The notes beneath the pieces are model-generated. The model was given only the letters and a program-made list of their open reading frames with translations, searched no databases and was not told where the DNA came from. A DNA stretch of 64,000 bases from Phoronis australis (Eukaryota; Animalia; Phoronida), in the NCBI GenBank assembly GCA_002633005.1, contig NMRA01000670.1, forward strand, positions 39,843 to 103,842, read 5' to 3'. The position numbers and the translations under genes were made by a program. Shown here one piece after another: positions 12,916 through 27,533 of this stretch (the stretch's first letter is position 1; each line of letters opens with the position of its first letter).

Positions 12916-13400
12916 ACTAGAAGGATTATTGCCACAGTGTGACAATAATGGACTCTGCGCATGCGTAATACCTACACATACCAGAATTGTTATGGGAAGT
13001 TATTGACAACAACCCGTTTACCAATATGAAAAATAATTCCATAAGACTATAGGAGAAATTACATGTTGACAATATCATGACCTTTGAGCCTTGCTTGGTG
13101 CATTACCAGCCCTGATGAGGGAATGAATGTAAATTTGATGAAAAGTGCTTTGGTGCTAAGAATCAGAGATGTCTTAAATTAAGCACTTAAGAACACAAGA
13201 TAAATGAAGTGGTCAAAATTTCAGAAGAAAAGTGCACCTTATGACTCCATGGTTGCTCCAAATGACCTGAAACCTTAGAATTCAAACTCAAGAGGATTTA
13301 CTAAGCAGATGTGTAAATTTGAAGTGTCTAGCTCAAAACCTTAGTTTGCACAAGTTTCAATAACATGAACAAATTTTGTTGATACATATGTTCTGGATGA
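12916..13400 (-). mobile_element. Fragment of Helitron/Helentron-like non-autonomous element abutting the LINE 5' end
   Basis: AACTAG followed by imperfect hairpin ATTATTGCCAC..GTGACAATAAT and ACTCTGCGCATG, the same terminal layout as at 49568 and 51029; right boundary approximate. Confidence 0.5.
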
Positions 13401-14057
13401 AATCTCAAAAAAGCAAATACCGTTGTCTAAATTAACATTTCCCTTCACAAAATTTCACCTTTTTCATAAAATGTTCTCAATTTTCTTAATAGCCTCTCGT
13501 GCAAAAGTGGAACATTCATATCCAAACAGCATTTTGAAGAGTAGTGCACAGAGCATGGTGACAGAAAGTTTCACCTGAATCTGATCAGTCATTTCTGGAT
13601 TTTATGCAAGCCCTGCAGAAAACCAATGGTCACTGAAGGTCAACTGTTTGCAAATTGATGAAAACTCTGGTGATACTGAACTTCAAGCTAAAATATTAAT
13701 AAACAATCTAGCACATCTAGAAACAATTAAGATTTTATTCTATCAGATTTCTTGGCAAAAATAAGTATTAAGACTTATAATTCCATCTCATTATTCGAAT
13801 AGCTTGGACCATTGTGGAAAGAAAACAAATGAAATTGCTGGTGCAAGGTTGTCACCCTTAGAGATTTTTACTTATAAGTTATAATCTAGGTGGTCCCCTT
13901 GCTGGTATTGTTGCGACACTGCCGATAAAATTAATGTTTTAACCATCGGTTTTTAGGAAAACATTTATTCAAATCCCACTGGCATTTTTTTCCATTAATA
14001 TGGAGTGTTTTCACGATTCGAAAGTACTGAATCGGGTCTACAGACTCCAGAATGTTA

Positions 14058-14564
14058 AGGGCCTTTCATACTAACGTCGACGCGGCGATGTTTTGGGGGA
14101 GTTACTGTCAGTATAAACGCTTAACTTCGGTCTTAGATTGAAGTTAACAGTGCCAGTTAACTTCGCACTAAACAGATGGATTTAAGAGCGGAGTGTGGAC
14201 GCTGCGGTGCAGTATAAACGGTCAACTTCAGTCTTATCGAAGTTATCGCCAGGTGCCACTGTTATTGTCAACATTTACAGGGTAGTGCCATCGCTAAGTG
14301 CTTATATTTTGCTCTAACAATGACCAATCAGTTTGAAAGTAAGTTTTATGTTAATTAGCACGTGTAAATGTTCCCAAATTGTCACATTGAAAAAAATCTT
14401 AGCGTGCAGCGCTACCTTGCGATAACTTCGCTGACGACAGCGTCACTTACCGTTTACTTCGATGTTCATTAACTGCGGAAGTCAGTATGAACGGTCTAGT
14501 TAACTTCTCAAAATAAGCGATGACACTCCATTCAGACAGGAGTCAAGTCAATATGAAAGGGCCT
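14058..14564. mobile_element. PIF/Harbinger (Tourist-like) MITE, copy 1
   Basis: TIR AGGGCCTTTCATA..TATGAAAGGGCCT, TTA target-site duplication on both sides, internal CAGTATRAACG sub-repeats; homologous to 41688-42149. Confidence 0.85.
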
Positions 14565-15269
14565 TTAGTGGGTCTCACTTTTACACCCTCCCATAACATA
14601 CAAGAGAAGCCTTGACAGCCATTAACACCACACTACTTTTAAATCTTGGGAAATTACCTTTTGACCAATATTACAACTAGCAAATAGACAGAAAAACCTT
14701 TACTGAACTTACTTGAGAAAATAAATTAAGGTTCCTACTAATGTCGTATGGTACTACTTTTTGATCATTTTGGGAATATCTTCAGTAATGATACCGCTAC
14801 CATAATAATAAACAATAAGTGACATAGTTTAATCTTGATTTACTCTGATCACCGCTGCATCTCCTTAAATTCCTAAACATGGCAAAACCTTGCCAATTTT
14901 TTAAAAAATAATTGTCAGAATTGCCAATTTCAGGGCACTTAACATTGTTGAGAATGGCCACAAGTCATTGTCCGATCGTTGAGCAATGATACAAGGTGTT
15001 TGGCATCATTAATGAAAATGAGAAAATAAAAAATCACATGTCTGTCATATTGTGCACTTAATTTTATGAGATTTTACCTAGTTGTAACTTAGGTTTTGCT
15101 TACAAATAACCCAGGGTTGTCCAACTTTGTTTCATTACTTGTAATCTCAGTTTGTTGTGAACACTGAATCAGGTATTTACAATTGAGAAATCAAACATCA
15201 ATATTATTTCAGGAAGGTGCCCTGTGTCTCTGGCACATAAAATTTTCCATGCCTAAACATTTCCACTAA

Positions 15270-15700
15270 ACGAGATAACATCAAACTCAGCTCATGATGA
15301 AAGGGATACCTCCTTGCTGCTCTATTCATTGGTCATTTGCGACCTTAATTGGCTTCGCTCATGCGGATACGATCAGCTGATTACAGTTTAGTTTAGCAGA
15401 CTGTGTACTTTTTAAGGAGAGCGTCTTTTACGTAGTTTTGACCATAATACTTGAAAAGAGGATCGAAAAAATATCGATACAACTTTGAATTTTTCAAATC
15501 GGCCCAGTATTAGTGATTTTGCAATACAACAACACTCACGATTACTTTCATTCGGTGCGCATGAACACAAAAAATAGGACTTAAGCTAGGATAGTATAAA
15601 TGTCGACCTACTTGTTGGAGTATTTAGATTTTGGAACATATGCATTGTTTATTACAGCTATTACAAGCTCAAAAACGAGATCGTTAAATTTCATTGTCAC
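15270..15700 (+). mobile_element. Diverged copy of a dispersed repeat also at 61885-62420 and (inverted) 28280-28466
   Basis: Shared blocks GCTGCTCTATTCAT..CTTCGCTCATGCGGATA.GATCAGCTGATTACAG and ATACAACTTTGAATTTTTCAAATCGGCCCAG. Confidence 0.75.
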
Positions 15701-16055
15701 CATGTCAAATCGGAGCAGCAGCAAATTTTGTTCTAAAAGTTGGTTTGTTGGTATTAAAATACAAAAGTAATGAAAGCAGTTTCAATAATTTGTTTTGACA
15801 TGTACGCAACCTCGTGGAAGAACAGTTGATCGAGGAATCGGCGAAAAAAGAAACTGGGTCAATAAGTGATGCAATATTTCATAGCGCCGAGAGCCGAGTA
15901 AAAGATCGCATCACAACTTTAGCGGCAGAATAACGTTAGAACCTCAATTTTTCCAAAAGCCACGGTAAATAATTTAGTTTACTCAAGGAAGAGTGTGGTT
16001 TTTAATGACACTAACTTTGTGTCACATTTTTCTAGGTTAGTTTTTTACCCGCATC

Positions 16056-16495
16056 AGTGCAAAGCTGTATGTTTAGTATACAGCTTTGCACTAAATGTTA
16101 TGTGAAACTGCAAGATGTTTTTTGTTGCTCGTATGGATTGTTGCCATTTTTTGCTTTGTTTCCAGAACCAGGATGGAGGAAATGAAACCATTGCAATTTG
16201 AATTTTATTGTTTGCATAATCCAGAAAATCAGAGGTTTTTTAAAGGCTTTGGACCAAAGACTAGCAGAAGATGCTCACTCTCTCAAAATTGCCCTGGAAG
16301 TATCAACTATTCCATGCCAGCATTATTTAACTTGTCTTGGCTAATTATCATTTTATGGACTGGGCATCTAGTAGTTCCATAGGTGGCACATCAGCCAATT
16401 ATACATGCATGCTGAGTGACAATAGAAGCCTGATAAGAGTGAAGGTGGATAAATAAGGTGTTCCCAAAGTTTCCTGCTGTGTTGGATATGTTTGG
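16056..16495. mobile_element. Remnant of foldback element family (central hairpin plus one arm), homologous to 61647-61880/63128-63368
   Basis: 15-bp perfect stem AGTGCAAAGCTGTAT/ATACAGCTTTGCACT at 16056-16092; 16331-16490 aligns with 63196-63367. Confidence 0.65.
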
Positions 16496-17020
16496 ATATG
16501 CAATACACAGCAATTACCTGATATGGGTCAAAAGTGTGATAAAGTTTATCTTAAAAACTATGCATTACAGACAGATTCTAACATTGCAGAGCAGCAAATC
16601 GAAACTAACGCCAACCACAACAAGAACAACTTTAGCAACACCAGATATAGAATATTGTAATATCCAGATCCCAATTCTGAATTCATACGTTTAGTTTAAT
16701 TCAAATGCACTTTCCACTTGAATTTAACTGAACAGAAGTTCAAAAAGCGACTGAATATTCACAATGTAATGACAGAGAACAAATAATCCTGATGAAAAGT
16801 CACTGTCTCACCACTGTAACATAAGATGATAGCATATGAATAGCTCAACAGTGAATTTCTTACTATTGACCCAAGAAGGTCATCGCCCCACTCAATGATT
16901 ACCTGCATGGAAGTGCGAGCGGGGTGCAAAACAAGCAAAAATAGCTGAGAGTGGTGTGCAACGTTAAATATTTGACTGACCAGATGAAGGCAGGTAAAAA
17001 ACAGGTATGACAACAATCAA

Positions 17021-17074
17021 ATGGCAGTAGTTGCGAGAATACTTTCATCAACTCAAAATTATAGAACAGTTCAG
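17021..17074 (+). CDS. Possible upstream exon of gene B (MAVVARILSSTQNYRTVQ), or a 5' UTR exon
   Basis: Strong donor CAG|GTAAGT at 17074; phase 0 is compatible with the acceptor before 23838; no independent coding signal. Confidence 0.35.
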
Positions 17075-18285
17075 GTAAGTCATTCAAATATGTACCTTAG
17101 GGATCACTAATGAACCTTTAAAAAGTTTAATATAAAAAGTCAACAAAAGCACAAAAAGATTAGAAATCTGTTATGACCAAATGAAAGTCTAATTTCAATA
17201 TCACAGGAACCTAAACTGTAAGCCATAGTCTTCAAATTGTGTTCTTGTGTCCCAACTTTTGATACATCATGAAAATGATCAACAAAATACTATTGTATAT
17301 TTCATTTAAAAAGTAGAATTTTTACCTCTGTCAGAAACAAGGACAAGCAGCAAATACAAGCTGAATATTTTAATGCTACAAAACACATTGTAGAAACAAT
17401 GACAAACAGTTGCCTTTAATGTTGACATAGTAATTATTATTCCTGCAATTTTTTTACCACTTTTGGTCTCAAACTGCACAGGAATACTGTCAGAAAACCA
17501 GCGATTCTCCTAAACCTGAATGCGAGAAATATTCACCACTGTTACATGAGAATTTTCAAACCAAAGACTTTCCCACCTTTTTTGCAAATTATTTTCAGTT
17601 TGTTATTTTTTAATTGATATTTATTTTTGGAGGTATATACAATGCCAAAGCCAAACAGGTGGAAACTCGCTTATGATGATGTACTCAGAGTAAACTGCCG
17701 TTCTCTCATGCCTCCAGTATGTAAACTACAAAATTAGTTCATGTCAATAATTGGCTTATCTTAAAATCCAACTGATGCCTGGTCACAGGTAACTGCCCAA
17801 ATTATGTTGCTCACCCAGCAGAATATGGCAACATTACACAAACGTCACATTTTTTGTCCGATTTTCAAACTTCAAAAACCTATATACATATACTTTTCAT
17901 AAATTATTCAAATATCCCATCAAAAAAACTAAACGAAAATGTAAAAAAATATTGTCAACCCCAGTGTATATACGATTGGTCTGACTATTTAAAGAGCGAC
18001 AACATCAGCCACCTGGGGTGATGTAATTAGCTACAACATGGTGTCTTTGATCAATGCCAGTAGATTTCGAGGTTCACAAACTGGTCCAGTTGCCCAATCT
18101 CATCGGGCGCGAGTTTCAACATAAGATTCTTTTCATGTGAACCCTTTACACCAGCTTCGGTAATTAACGCAGTATCAGAGGCCTATGTGTTGGTCATTGA
18201 AGTTATCATACGGTGCCCATCCAAAACCATTATGCAAGTGTAAGAAACCTATATGTGATAGGATCACTGAAATGAAACGCTAGTA

Positions 18286-19760
18286 CCGTATTCGCCCTAA
18301 TAAGCGCCAATGCTCCTATAGCGCCCCCACGCGTTTTCAGAGTTTTGCTAAAACAAGTGCCCAGTCCATGAACGCCGTGTACATGCGAAAAATGCCTGAC
18401 CTACAGTTCTAAAATTATACAGTAACGTCTTCAATTTATGAATAAGTCCTGAAAAAATCATTGTGCGCGGAATTTGAAGACCACGAGCCTCGCCACTATG
18501 TCAGTATTTAGCCATGACTATACACTTCAAACTTCTGCCGTGCTTCAAAAAGAACACAAGTTTTGCTGATCTTGCGAGGGACGTATCCTATTATGGTCTG
18601 GCCTTTCAGAACAGACAGCATACTTGTCAAAGGGATTGTATTGTCTTTCCCGTACAGATCTTCTCCCTCAACAGGAATCCAAATCCCTTTGTACAAGTGA
18701 AAACCGCGAATCAAAGACTAATAAAAACATGACCATTGTTCAGTTAAAAGCACGTGGCTAGGAAGCGCGCGCTACATTAAAAAATCTGTCATCGATGATT
18801 AATTAGTCTTCGGAAACTATCTATTCCTGAAATGGGTAGCATAGCATCGGCAAGAAATAAATACTGGCACTTATTTCCGAAAGTTTCTAATACCGTAAAA
18901 ACGTTTGCGCTATTTTTAAGGGGAAATTATTAAATTAGTCGTAATTAGTGTTTTTGAAGTCAAAATGACCCACTGATAGTGAACACTCTGAATCTCCCGA
19001 AAAATAAATGTTAGACTGTCACGCATCCAGTTCACTCCACGACTCAATGACATTGGCCTTACAGAGACAATTATCGAACGTTTTTTAGCTGATGAGACCA
19101 ACAACTACTAAATAAAACACCTTTTGCTTTACTGCTTGTGTTAATTTCCTTAGTTACAATGCACACCTAGATCCTTAAATCGTGTTTACTCTTGCAAATG
19201 AACTCTGATGACATGCACGCGCTCACTCTCTCACACAATACGCAGACGAACTTCAAAACAAACATCACGTGACAACAACATGTGTGTTCGTCCAGAGATT
19301 TTTCTCGTGTTGCGGAGTACGATCTAGCGCAGATTTGGACTTGATATGCAGTTAATTCCGACTCCACGGGAACTTAAAAATCTTAGGGACGCTATTTTGA
19401 AAACTGAAGGATTTCGGGTAATATGTTGAGTTGAAAGTATATTTTTACTCAAGAATTGAAAGTTGACCTATCGGCGATTGCGAGGCAGCGACGTATCAGT
19501 CGGCGAGTTTTCGCACTGTGATTTTCTGAAATACGCTCGTAATTTAACAACAAAGTTTGATAGCAGTGCACTGCAATTTTGTAGAAACTCTGTCATAGGT
19601 TACCTGATGAGACACACAGCGCGTTAATTTGATGAATTCTACCTTATGATTTCACCTCTTCGGAGACCGGATTTCAACCCCTTTTGGGCTATAATAAGCG
19701 CCCCCTGTTCCTGAAGCGAGGTTTTCAAAGCGCCCTGGGCGCTTATTAGGGCGAATACAG
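18286..19760. mobile_element. ~1.47-kb TIR DNA element (Tc1/mariner-pogo-like, TA TSD), non-autonomous, with decayed HIRAN domain; copy 1
   Basis: TA|CCGTATTCGCCCTAATAAGCGCC ... GGCGCTTATTAGGGCGAATACAG|TA; minus-strand IRGFHLYKGIWIP..IIGYVPRKISK. Confidence 0.9.
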
Positions 19761-21997
19761 TATTAGAAGAATGAAGAACGCTTCAAAAATATTATCAAAT
19801 AATACCTGCCGATAATACAGATGACTATGAGTGAGGTGGTACTGCAAGACTACTTTCCAAAGAGGTCACGACTGCAAGGGCATCACTGCTAAAGTACAAC
19901 AAACAGCATTGGCGCTAGCGTCGTTCCTATTACTGAATAATGAAATTGAATAGGCCACAATTTTTCGTGAACCAGAATGTCCCAGGGGATGCAATTAATT
20001 TCTCAATGAAACAAACCTCAGACATCACAACTTGCTTATTTTCGTATTCAGTGAGTTTTACAACTTTGTCAGCTGCGAAACGTTATGTACAGTTCTCGAA
20101 AACGCTCTTCGTTCTGGCTTTCCCTGGTAGTGCAACTGCGAGGAAAACTCCTACAATATAATTGGTCAACCCAGTCTCGCGAGACATCACCAATCAACAC
20201 ATAGTGACCAGAGGGTAATTCATGAGATTCATAGCAGTCAACCAGATTAAAGAAGAAGTTTCGTTGGTTGATCCAAAGTTTATGATTACTCCCTGTGAAA
20301 AATGCCATGTTGTTTACAACTACTTTAATTTTAGCAGCAGTGCGTGAAGTTCGCAGTTTCAGAGGGAGCAATTCAGGTATTTTACACAGCCAATATCATC
20401 TATAGTTTCCGTTATGCTTGACATGCGTATTTGACATACCATACTCAATCATGTCGCCGGCTATCCAAATTGAAGAATCGTTTTAGAAACCGAGAGATGC
20501 TCCAGATACAGACGTTGACCCAGATTCTGGTATGACAAATAATTCAGGTTTGGATCGTGGTAATAACGCAACCCAGTCAACGAAACAAATACTCGTGAAA
20601 TGAGCGGCGGAACTTTCAAAGCACGTGATTTTGACGACAACATTAGACAGCGACATTCTTACGAATAGTCATTCTAAACTTGAGAACATAGATGGTTCTG
20701 AACAAGAAGAATGAGTTTGTGACAATTCTGAACATATTGGGAATGGTATAGTTGCAAACATTTGAAAATCCAGTTTTCTAGAAATATTGGTTTCCACAAG
20801 CCTAATGTTCTCCCATCCAAGTAAATGAAAATGTACTTGAATAGGTTTGTTTTCTCTACCTAATTACATATTCAAGACGGTGGACGAAACCGTATGTTGT
20901 GCACTCTACCTAATTACATACATGGTGGATCAGAAACCGTACTTGTATGTTGTGCAATTCCTGCAAGAATTCCGGTTGTGTAGTTTTAATATTGGATGTT
21001 CTTTTTGATGCCAAATTCGGACGCACATTGCGAGGGTATTGACTAAAAGAATGAAGTGCAAGACACGAGTCTGAGAGAAAACATAGATAGGCTCAAATGT
21101 CAAGACCATGTATGATAAAAATGAGACTCGCTTTACCAAACACTTCACTCAGACTGTCTACTTACTTTAAGACAGGACATTGTTGCTGAAAACTTTGCCT
21201 CTACTAGTAGTTAAACTTTTTGGACGTTGACATCACTAGTATGAAAATGGTAAAATGTTTTCGCGTACAGTTGCAAAATGTTTGTGTGGACTTCTGTTTT
21301 GAAGTCATTGAATAAACAAATTGTCAATACATGCTTTCGGATGGGTAGATGGCACCGCAGCCACAGCGGTACTGGCGGACTGTCGGTGCTAGCAGGAACA
21401 AAGCGCGTTTGGTCATTTTTTTTTGAAAATTTGCACTTCCAGTTTTGGAATCCTGTGTAAACACCCTTCTGTCAGGTTTACTGTGTTGCATGTCTGAACT
21501 AAAGTGAAATGTCTACGCATTTGTTTTCGCAAAATATACTTCATTTTGGATTAGTAAATTATTGTAAGTGTTGATACTATATGAAATAAGGAAGGATAGC
21601 GAGCTTAAACGTAGATTTTCAGTGATTTTGTCACACAGCCTTTTTTGATTGCTGTACTTCATAGCAGGTGTGAATATTGATTCCAAATGTACATGCTTCA
21701 CTAACTAACATTCATGATCAGAGTAACAACTGGATTAATGAATATTTGTGAATTCATAATTGTTCGCTTATTCTTCGTTTGCCACTACATAGTATATATA
21801 TTGCAGTCTTCTGGTTTTTAGTGTTGTTTCTTCCATTTTTGTTATGGGGATTTCAAACGCAATGAGCATGGGGACTCATAAAATTTGAAAAAGACTCAAA
21901 AACAATTAAAAAAGTCATAAAAATTTGCAAAGCCATGGAGTCCCAAGGACTTGGTGGCTAACAATTCTAGCACCAACCCTTATAAATAACAAAAAAC

Positions 21998-23630
21998 GAG
22001 AGCGCTCGGAGGAGCGACACTTGGCGAAATTACGCGAAAACAGGACGATGCGGAGGACAACGACGACAACCATGACGATAAAGACGGAGATTATGAACAA
22101 CACGATAACATTCGTGTGACTAGTGAACAAATCAGTAAGAAATACCCTGCAGTCTTGTTCACGCACCCGGTAAACTGGCAAGTGTGAGAGCGCTCGGAGG
22201 AGCGACACTTGGCGAAATTACGCGAAAACAGGACGATGGGGAGGATGACGATGACGATCATGACGACTAGTGAGAAACGAAAAATATCTTATGAAAGCCC
22301 GTTTAAAACTCTATTGAACTGTACACATTTCTGATCGATTAATATACATGGCAAGAAAATCCTGGCACACAAAACTATTAGCAAAAAACGCTAAATTTGA
22401 CAATTTTCTCCCCGAAATAACCACTTCCCTGCAAGTGCTAGAAAAAAGTCTGACTACAGATTCAGAATGCTCGTCCTCACTGGATTCTAACTATGTGGTC
22501 ATAGTAAGCCTCTTACCAGCTACTTTTTTGGCAAATTTGATCTGTCTGACAACCACCTGAAATCGCCTAGGGACTAGAAAATGCTCCGTGGCCGCGGCCT
22601 GACTGTTCAGTGCTACCTACAGTCTTGAGCGACAATAGGCAAAATTAACGACGATGATGATTGTTATGATGAAGGTGGCGATGGTGAACAGCATCATAAC
22701 ATTCATACGACGAACTTAGATATCATAAATTAGTAAGAAATAAGCTACAGTCTTGTTCAAATAAACTAAACCAACATCAATGCAGTAAGAGCGCTCAACA
22801 AAGGAACAGCGCTATCAGAAAATCTCAAATAATTTAAAAAGTAGACGTCCTAGCGAAAAATGGAAAACATCTTCTGAAAGCCCGTTCCAAACTCTATCTA
22901 AATTGATAGTTTCACAACATTCCATAATTTTTTCGAAAAAATTGAAATTTTGTATTTTTTTTAAATTCAAATTCCAATAACTCGAAAACGGTAAGTCTGA
23001 GAAAACTGTTATCACAGTACTTTTGAAAGAGCATACTTCAAGGAATCCACATGCAAAAATTCACGTCATTTGCTCTTCCCGTTAAAAATGCGATAGCAGA
23101 ACGATTGAAAATGGGTGAAAATGCGCCAGAGCAGCCATCTTGAAAGTGACTTTCAGTTAAACAAAATTTTATAAAAGCTGATTAATTGCAAGAAACACGT
23201 GACCAGTTTGAAAGCGATAGGTTCGCCAATGCGCCCTCTACAGGAAAAAACGTTTTTGACCAGATATCGAGGTGCGCATGCGCCATCGTCAATATTTCCG
23301 CCATCTTTAACGGAAGTCAACCTTTTTCAGCATGGTTGTAGTACATGTGTTCTACAATAATCGTACCAAGTTTCAGCTCTGTACGTCACAAAATGCGGCC
23401 TCTATGACCATTTGAATGCGAAATCGGAAACAAAATGGCTGCCATGTCCACCATTTTGAAACCGATCACGACCAAAAACAATAGGCTTCCAGCACTTTTT
23501 GATCTACACGTTGTGTGCAAATTTCGTGCGAATCGGGCGAAAATTGCGACCTGTAGAGTGCGAACAACAAAAAAAACTTGATGGCAGAGCAACACACTTG
23601 GCGGAATTCTGGGAATTCCGCCAAGTAATA
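21998..23630. mobile_element. Probable Helentron-like non-autonomous element with internal direct repeats, ACG/ATG microsatellite and terminal hairpin
   Basis: GAGAGCGCTCGGAGGAGCGACACTTGGCGAAATTACGCGAAAACAGGACGATG repeated at ~21998 and ~22186; perfect 14-bp stem ACTTGGCGGAATTC/GAATTCCGCCAAGT at 23596-23626 sharing the ACTTGGCG motif; boundaries approximate. Confidence 0.55.
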
Positions 23631-23840
23631 ACAAAAAAATTTTTGTAAATAAGAATGATCACCATCACTTGGTTACTGTGTTCATATAGAGTACTACCCT
23701 ACAGAGTCACATACAGACTCAGCATCTTGATTCTGTAAGGCATCTACATGAGACTTGGTATTGTATTTCCAATTAAAACACCTGTCAAACATTTCCGCTT
23801 CATAGAAAAATTATGCTGCGTCATTTATTTTTTTCAGAGT

Positions 23841-23898
23841 ATGGAAACGACAGATATAAATGCAACAACTGTTGGTGTGGACACATTACATCATACAG
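23841..23898 (+). CDS. Gene B ectodomain exon (METTDINATTVGVDTLHHT); exon begins 23838
   Basis: Acceptor TTTATTTTTTTCAG, donor CAG|GTAAGA phase 1; N-glycosylation sequon NAT. Confidence 0.75.
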
Positions 23899-25569
23899 GT
23901 AAGACAATTGTTTTACAATTGTTCAGCAATCACACACTATACAGATAGCAGTGAGCAAAATAATAGCACTAAAATCTTCTTATAGTAAAATCTCGCCAAT
24001 TCAAATGCTTCTAGCAGTTTTGCGAATGCCAACACTTCCCAAAACATCGTCTAATGGTAGCTATGATATAGAACTTACTAAAATTACAACCATTAATTAG
24101 AGGGCATTGCTCATCATTCAAAATACAAATGAAATAATGAAATTTCTCTTGTGCACCAATTATTGCATCCTTAATTGATCAGACACACAAATAGTAATGT
24201 TGTTCCTATACATCAAAGAGGTTGGTCATCATTTTGGGATAAAATGAACTTAGTTTACATGATTAAATTTAAAATATAGAATTTTCAGAAATATAAAAAT
24301 CGCAACATGGACAATCTGTTGCTATAGTACAATTACAAAAAACTTTTGCCATATTACCAATGAACTTGTAGCATTTAACAGCGGTAACTAGGGAAGTTGT
24401 GGCCTAATTGTGATCATCGGAAGTGTCCATAGCAGCTCTGCTGTCCACAAAAAGTTAGATCAGTTCATGATAAGTACCATGGGTTGGGGCTGGCAGGCCT
24501 TGTACATATTTATTGACAAAGTACAAGTTTCAGTTAAACCAGCCAGGCTTCTAAGAATGCGACATGTTTGTGTTTACCAATACCAGTCAAAGGTCACAAT
24601 TGTACCCATTCACCAATGGAAATGACCTCATTCTTGGAAATGGTAAATTGGAAAATAATGTAGTCAGCTGACTGCTCTATCAGTCCCAACTTTGTTTACC
24701 AAACAATCAACATAAAGTCCTTATTCACACTCTATCATGCCTTCATGGCTTTTTTAATCTTGATGACTGAAAAATGGCCATATGAAATTTGACACAAATT
24801 AATTTAATTAAAAACTACATTCTACATTGAGTAAACTTAATTTAGCTACTGGTACTAAAAACTGTCATTTTACCTTTATACTGCTGGAAAATTTTTGGAG
24901 CAATCCTAGTTCATTGACTTTCAGAACCATAAAATAGATCACCTATTGACCAATACCAAGTTTTTCTCTCATTCTTCAATGCAACTGTTTTTCTTCCACA
25001 AAGTTGCACGTACATGTGTTATTGTCACAACAAATTAACAGATGGTTTCATTTTGTCATTAGTATTTCTGAGCAATAAATTTCGTTTTAGTGAATGATGT
25101 TGCAAAAAATCAGCAAATGGCTCATAGGCGTGTCACGAGCATACTGATTTCAAGTTGACCATAAGGCTTTTCTTAGTAACAAATGCCACAAAACTTTGCA
25201 AGAAAGTGATGACAACGAACATGGTGAGTGTGGGTTGACTCCCAGATTTTGCCTGCACCCATCCAGTCATTAAATCTACATAGCTTCCATGACAACTGAT
25301 GTTGCAGAACAACTTGGGCAGAGTGAAATTTCGAGGTCTATGTGAAGTTAATACCCAGCTGTTGCTAGCTATCTTTTGATGGTCAAGTCTTCATAGCCAG
25401 CTGGTTAGCTAGGTACAGGCATGGTCATTCTGAAGATTGGTCCTATCCACAGCCTTTTGTCTTGTCATAATGAAAGGATCATCAATTTCAATAGCTTTCT
25501 TGGTCACGTGAGTTTCATGATTTTCATGGTCCTTGAGAATCAATTTTGTTCACTATGTTCTGATTACAG

Positions 25570-25648
25570 GCACTCTCACAGGAATGGTTCTGGGCATTCT
25601 GTCTTTTGTTCTACTATGCATACTACTGATCATTGTACTGGTCAAAAC
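25570..25648 (+). CDS. Gene B transmembrane exon (GTLTGMVLGILSFVLLCILLIIVLVKT)
   Basis: Acceptor TTCTGATTACAG, donor AC|GTAAGT; phase 1 in, phase 2 out; strongly hydrophobic; this frame is absent from the ORF track. Confidence 0.85.
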
Positions 25649-27533
25649 GTAAGTGATATTGTTATTTGTTCGCCTACTTTCCATATGGCTACCACATTTT
25701 GTCAAACGAATCATCAACAATGAGGAAATTAATAAGAAAATGCTAATGAAGTGTACTATAACATAAATTAGTTAACACTTAGTAGAACAGCTAGAGCTTG
25801 AAAAATAAAAAAATGGCAAATATTTCTAGAGAAAAAGCTGCACTCCATATACTTTACAGTTACTATAGGATTTTTATATCGTAGCAAATCTTGGTGAAAT
25901 TCAGTCACTTTATTGCCCCAAGTTTATTGCCCCTCTATTACTGGGAATCTAATGCAGGTTGTGTGACCTATTGTCCTGCTCTGCAGCAAATAACTGACTT
26001 TCAGGGAACTACTTTCTCAGGTCAAGAGATCATTCACAACTGTTGCTATTATGGTGAGACAACTAACTTGCATACTACAAAGGGTAGAGAATCGTGATAA
26101 TTTCTGGTGAACAACCTCGCCAGGAAGCATGTGCTTTAAATGAATTTTTTGCAAAATTCCAAATTTTTTTTCTGAAAATAGAAAGATTCTAGAAGTTTCT
26201 ACTTACCACAAAGAAACAATGATGCAAGAATATCAAGGCATGGCCAAATTTCATTTCATATATAAATTCAGAACAGATATGAACAGATCTCAAAATCAGT
26301 TTTTTAAATGTCCTTTTAATTTCATGCGGCTTTTCAGATGAAAACAGACATTTTCATAAAAACCATTAATTACAGCCTCAATTTTTGACAGTATCTTATT
26401 AAAAATCTAGCCAGTTTTGTCTGGAGAATAACGTTGATAGCATAGTGTCTGTTTCATTTGAGCCGAGACTGTTAACCTGTTTTTGAGATACCATGTTGGC
26501 AAAACTTCTAGTTTCATCATTCATAACATTAACTTTAAACCTGGAGGCGAAGGTTAATATCGAAATTAAGTACTGCATGGACAGCTAAACCAATGATGGG
26601 CAGGCAAACTTAAAATGCGATATTTGATTGCCAATCACAAGAGAAAGACACAAGCTGGTTAGTTTTAAAATATTTTATTTAAAGAAAACCATTTTTACAA
26701 ACATAATACACTTTCTGAGCAAAAGTGGGGTTTATAACAGAGTCAAAGCATTACTTTCCAAATCACTGTGAAGACAGGATATACACAAAGTAATAAAAGT
26801 GTGTAATACTGGTTAAAATCCCTTCTTAACATTAATTACAGCCAGCCACTCAGGGAAAGTCACTGGGGAAAATTATCTCTTACCTGATTTTGTATACCTG
26901 TCTCTATTGTGCCCACATTGACTTTCATAATAAAGGGCTATTGTGGAGATATTTACACTGTAGGCTTGGGTGACAATAAGCATACCTCTGCCAGTTACTA
27001 AAGACCAAGCCACACTACCAGGGAAAGCACTACTTTCAGCCTAGCTTAGATATCTAAGCCTATTTCAGTTGGCATTGTTTTATACCTGTAAATATAACTC
27101 TTCATTTCGCTCTGATAGCATGAGGCACGCTTATCCTAAATAAAAGAAGAAGGCGGGTGTTGAAAGTTTAAACATTTGAAATGTACATAGCAAAAGGATG
27201 TTTTAGGAATACCATTCATAGTAGGGCAACAAAAGAACATTAATTTTTAAACTTTGTTTGGTGTCTTACAGTGCAAAGGCCATGTATTCTTATAGTGTTA
27301 AACTTCTTTTTGAATTCAAATTCGTACGCCACATGATGCATCATCTCAGAGTCGAGTCTCAGAACTTCCAATAACAGAGAAATCACTGGTATGAATTAAG
27401 GATACTCCAGAAAAAAATAATCCGTAGGACCAGTCTACAGTCAGATTGTACAGTTCTCTGTTCCCCCGTTAGTAGATTTAATCAATCGCGAGTAACAGCG
27501 CAGTTCACTTTCAGGCATAACTACATTTTGAAC

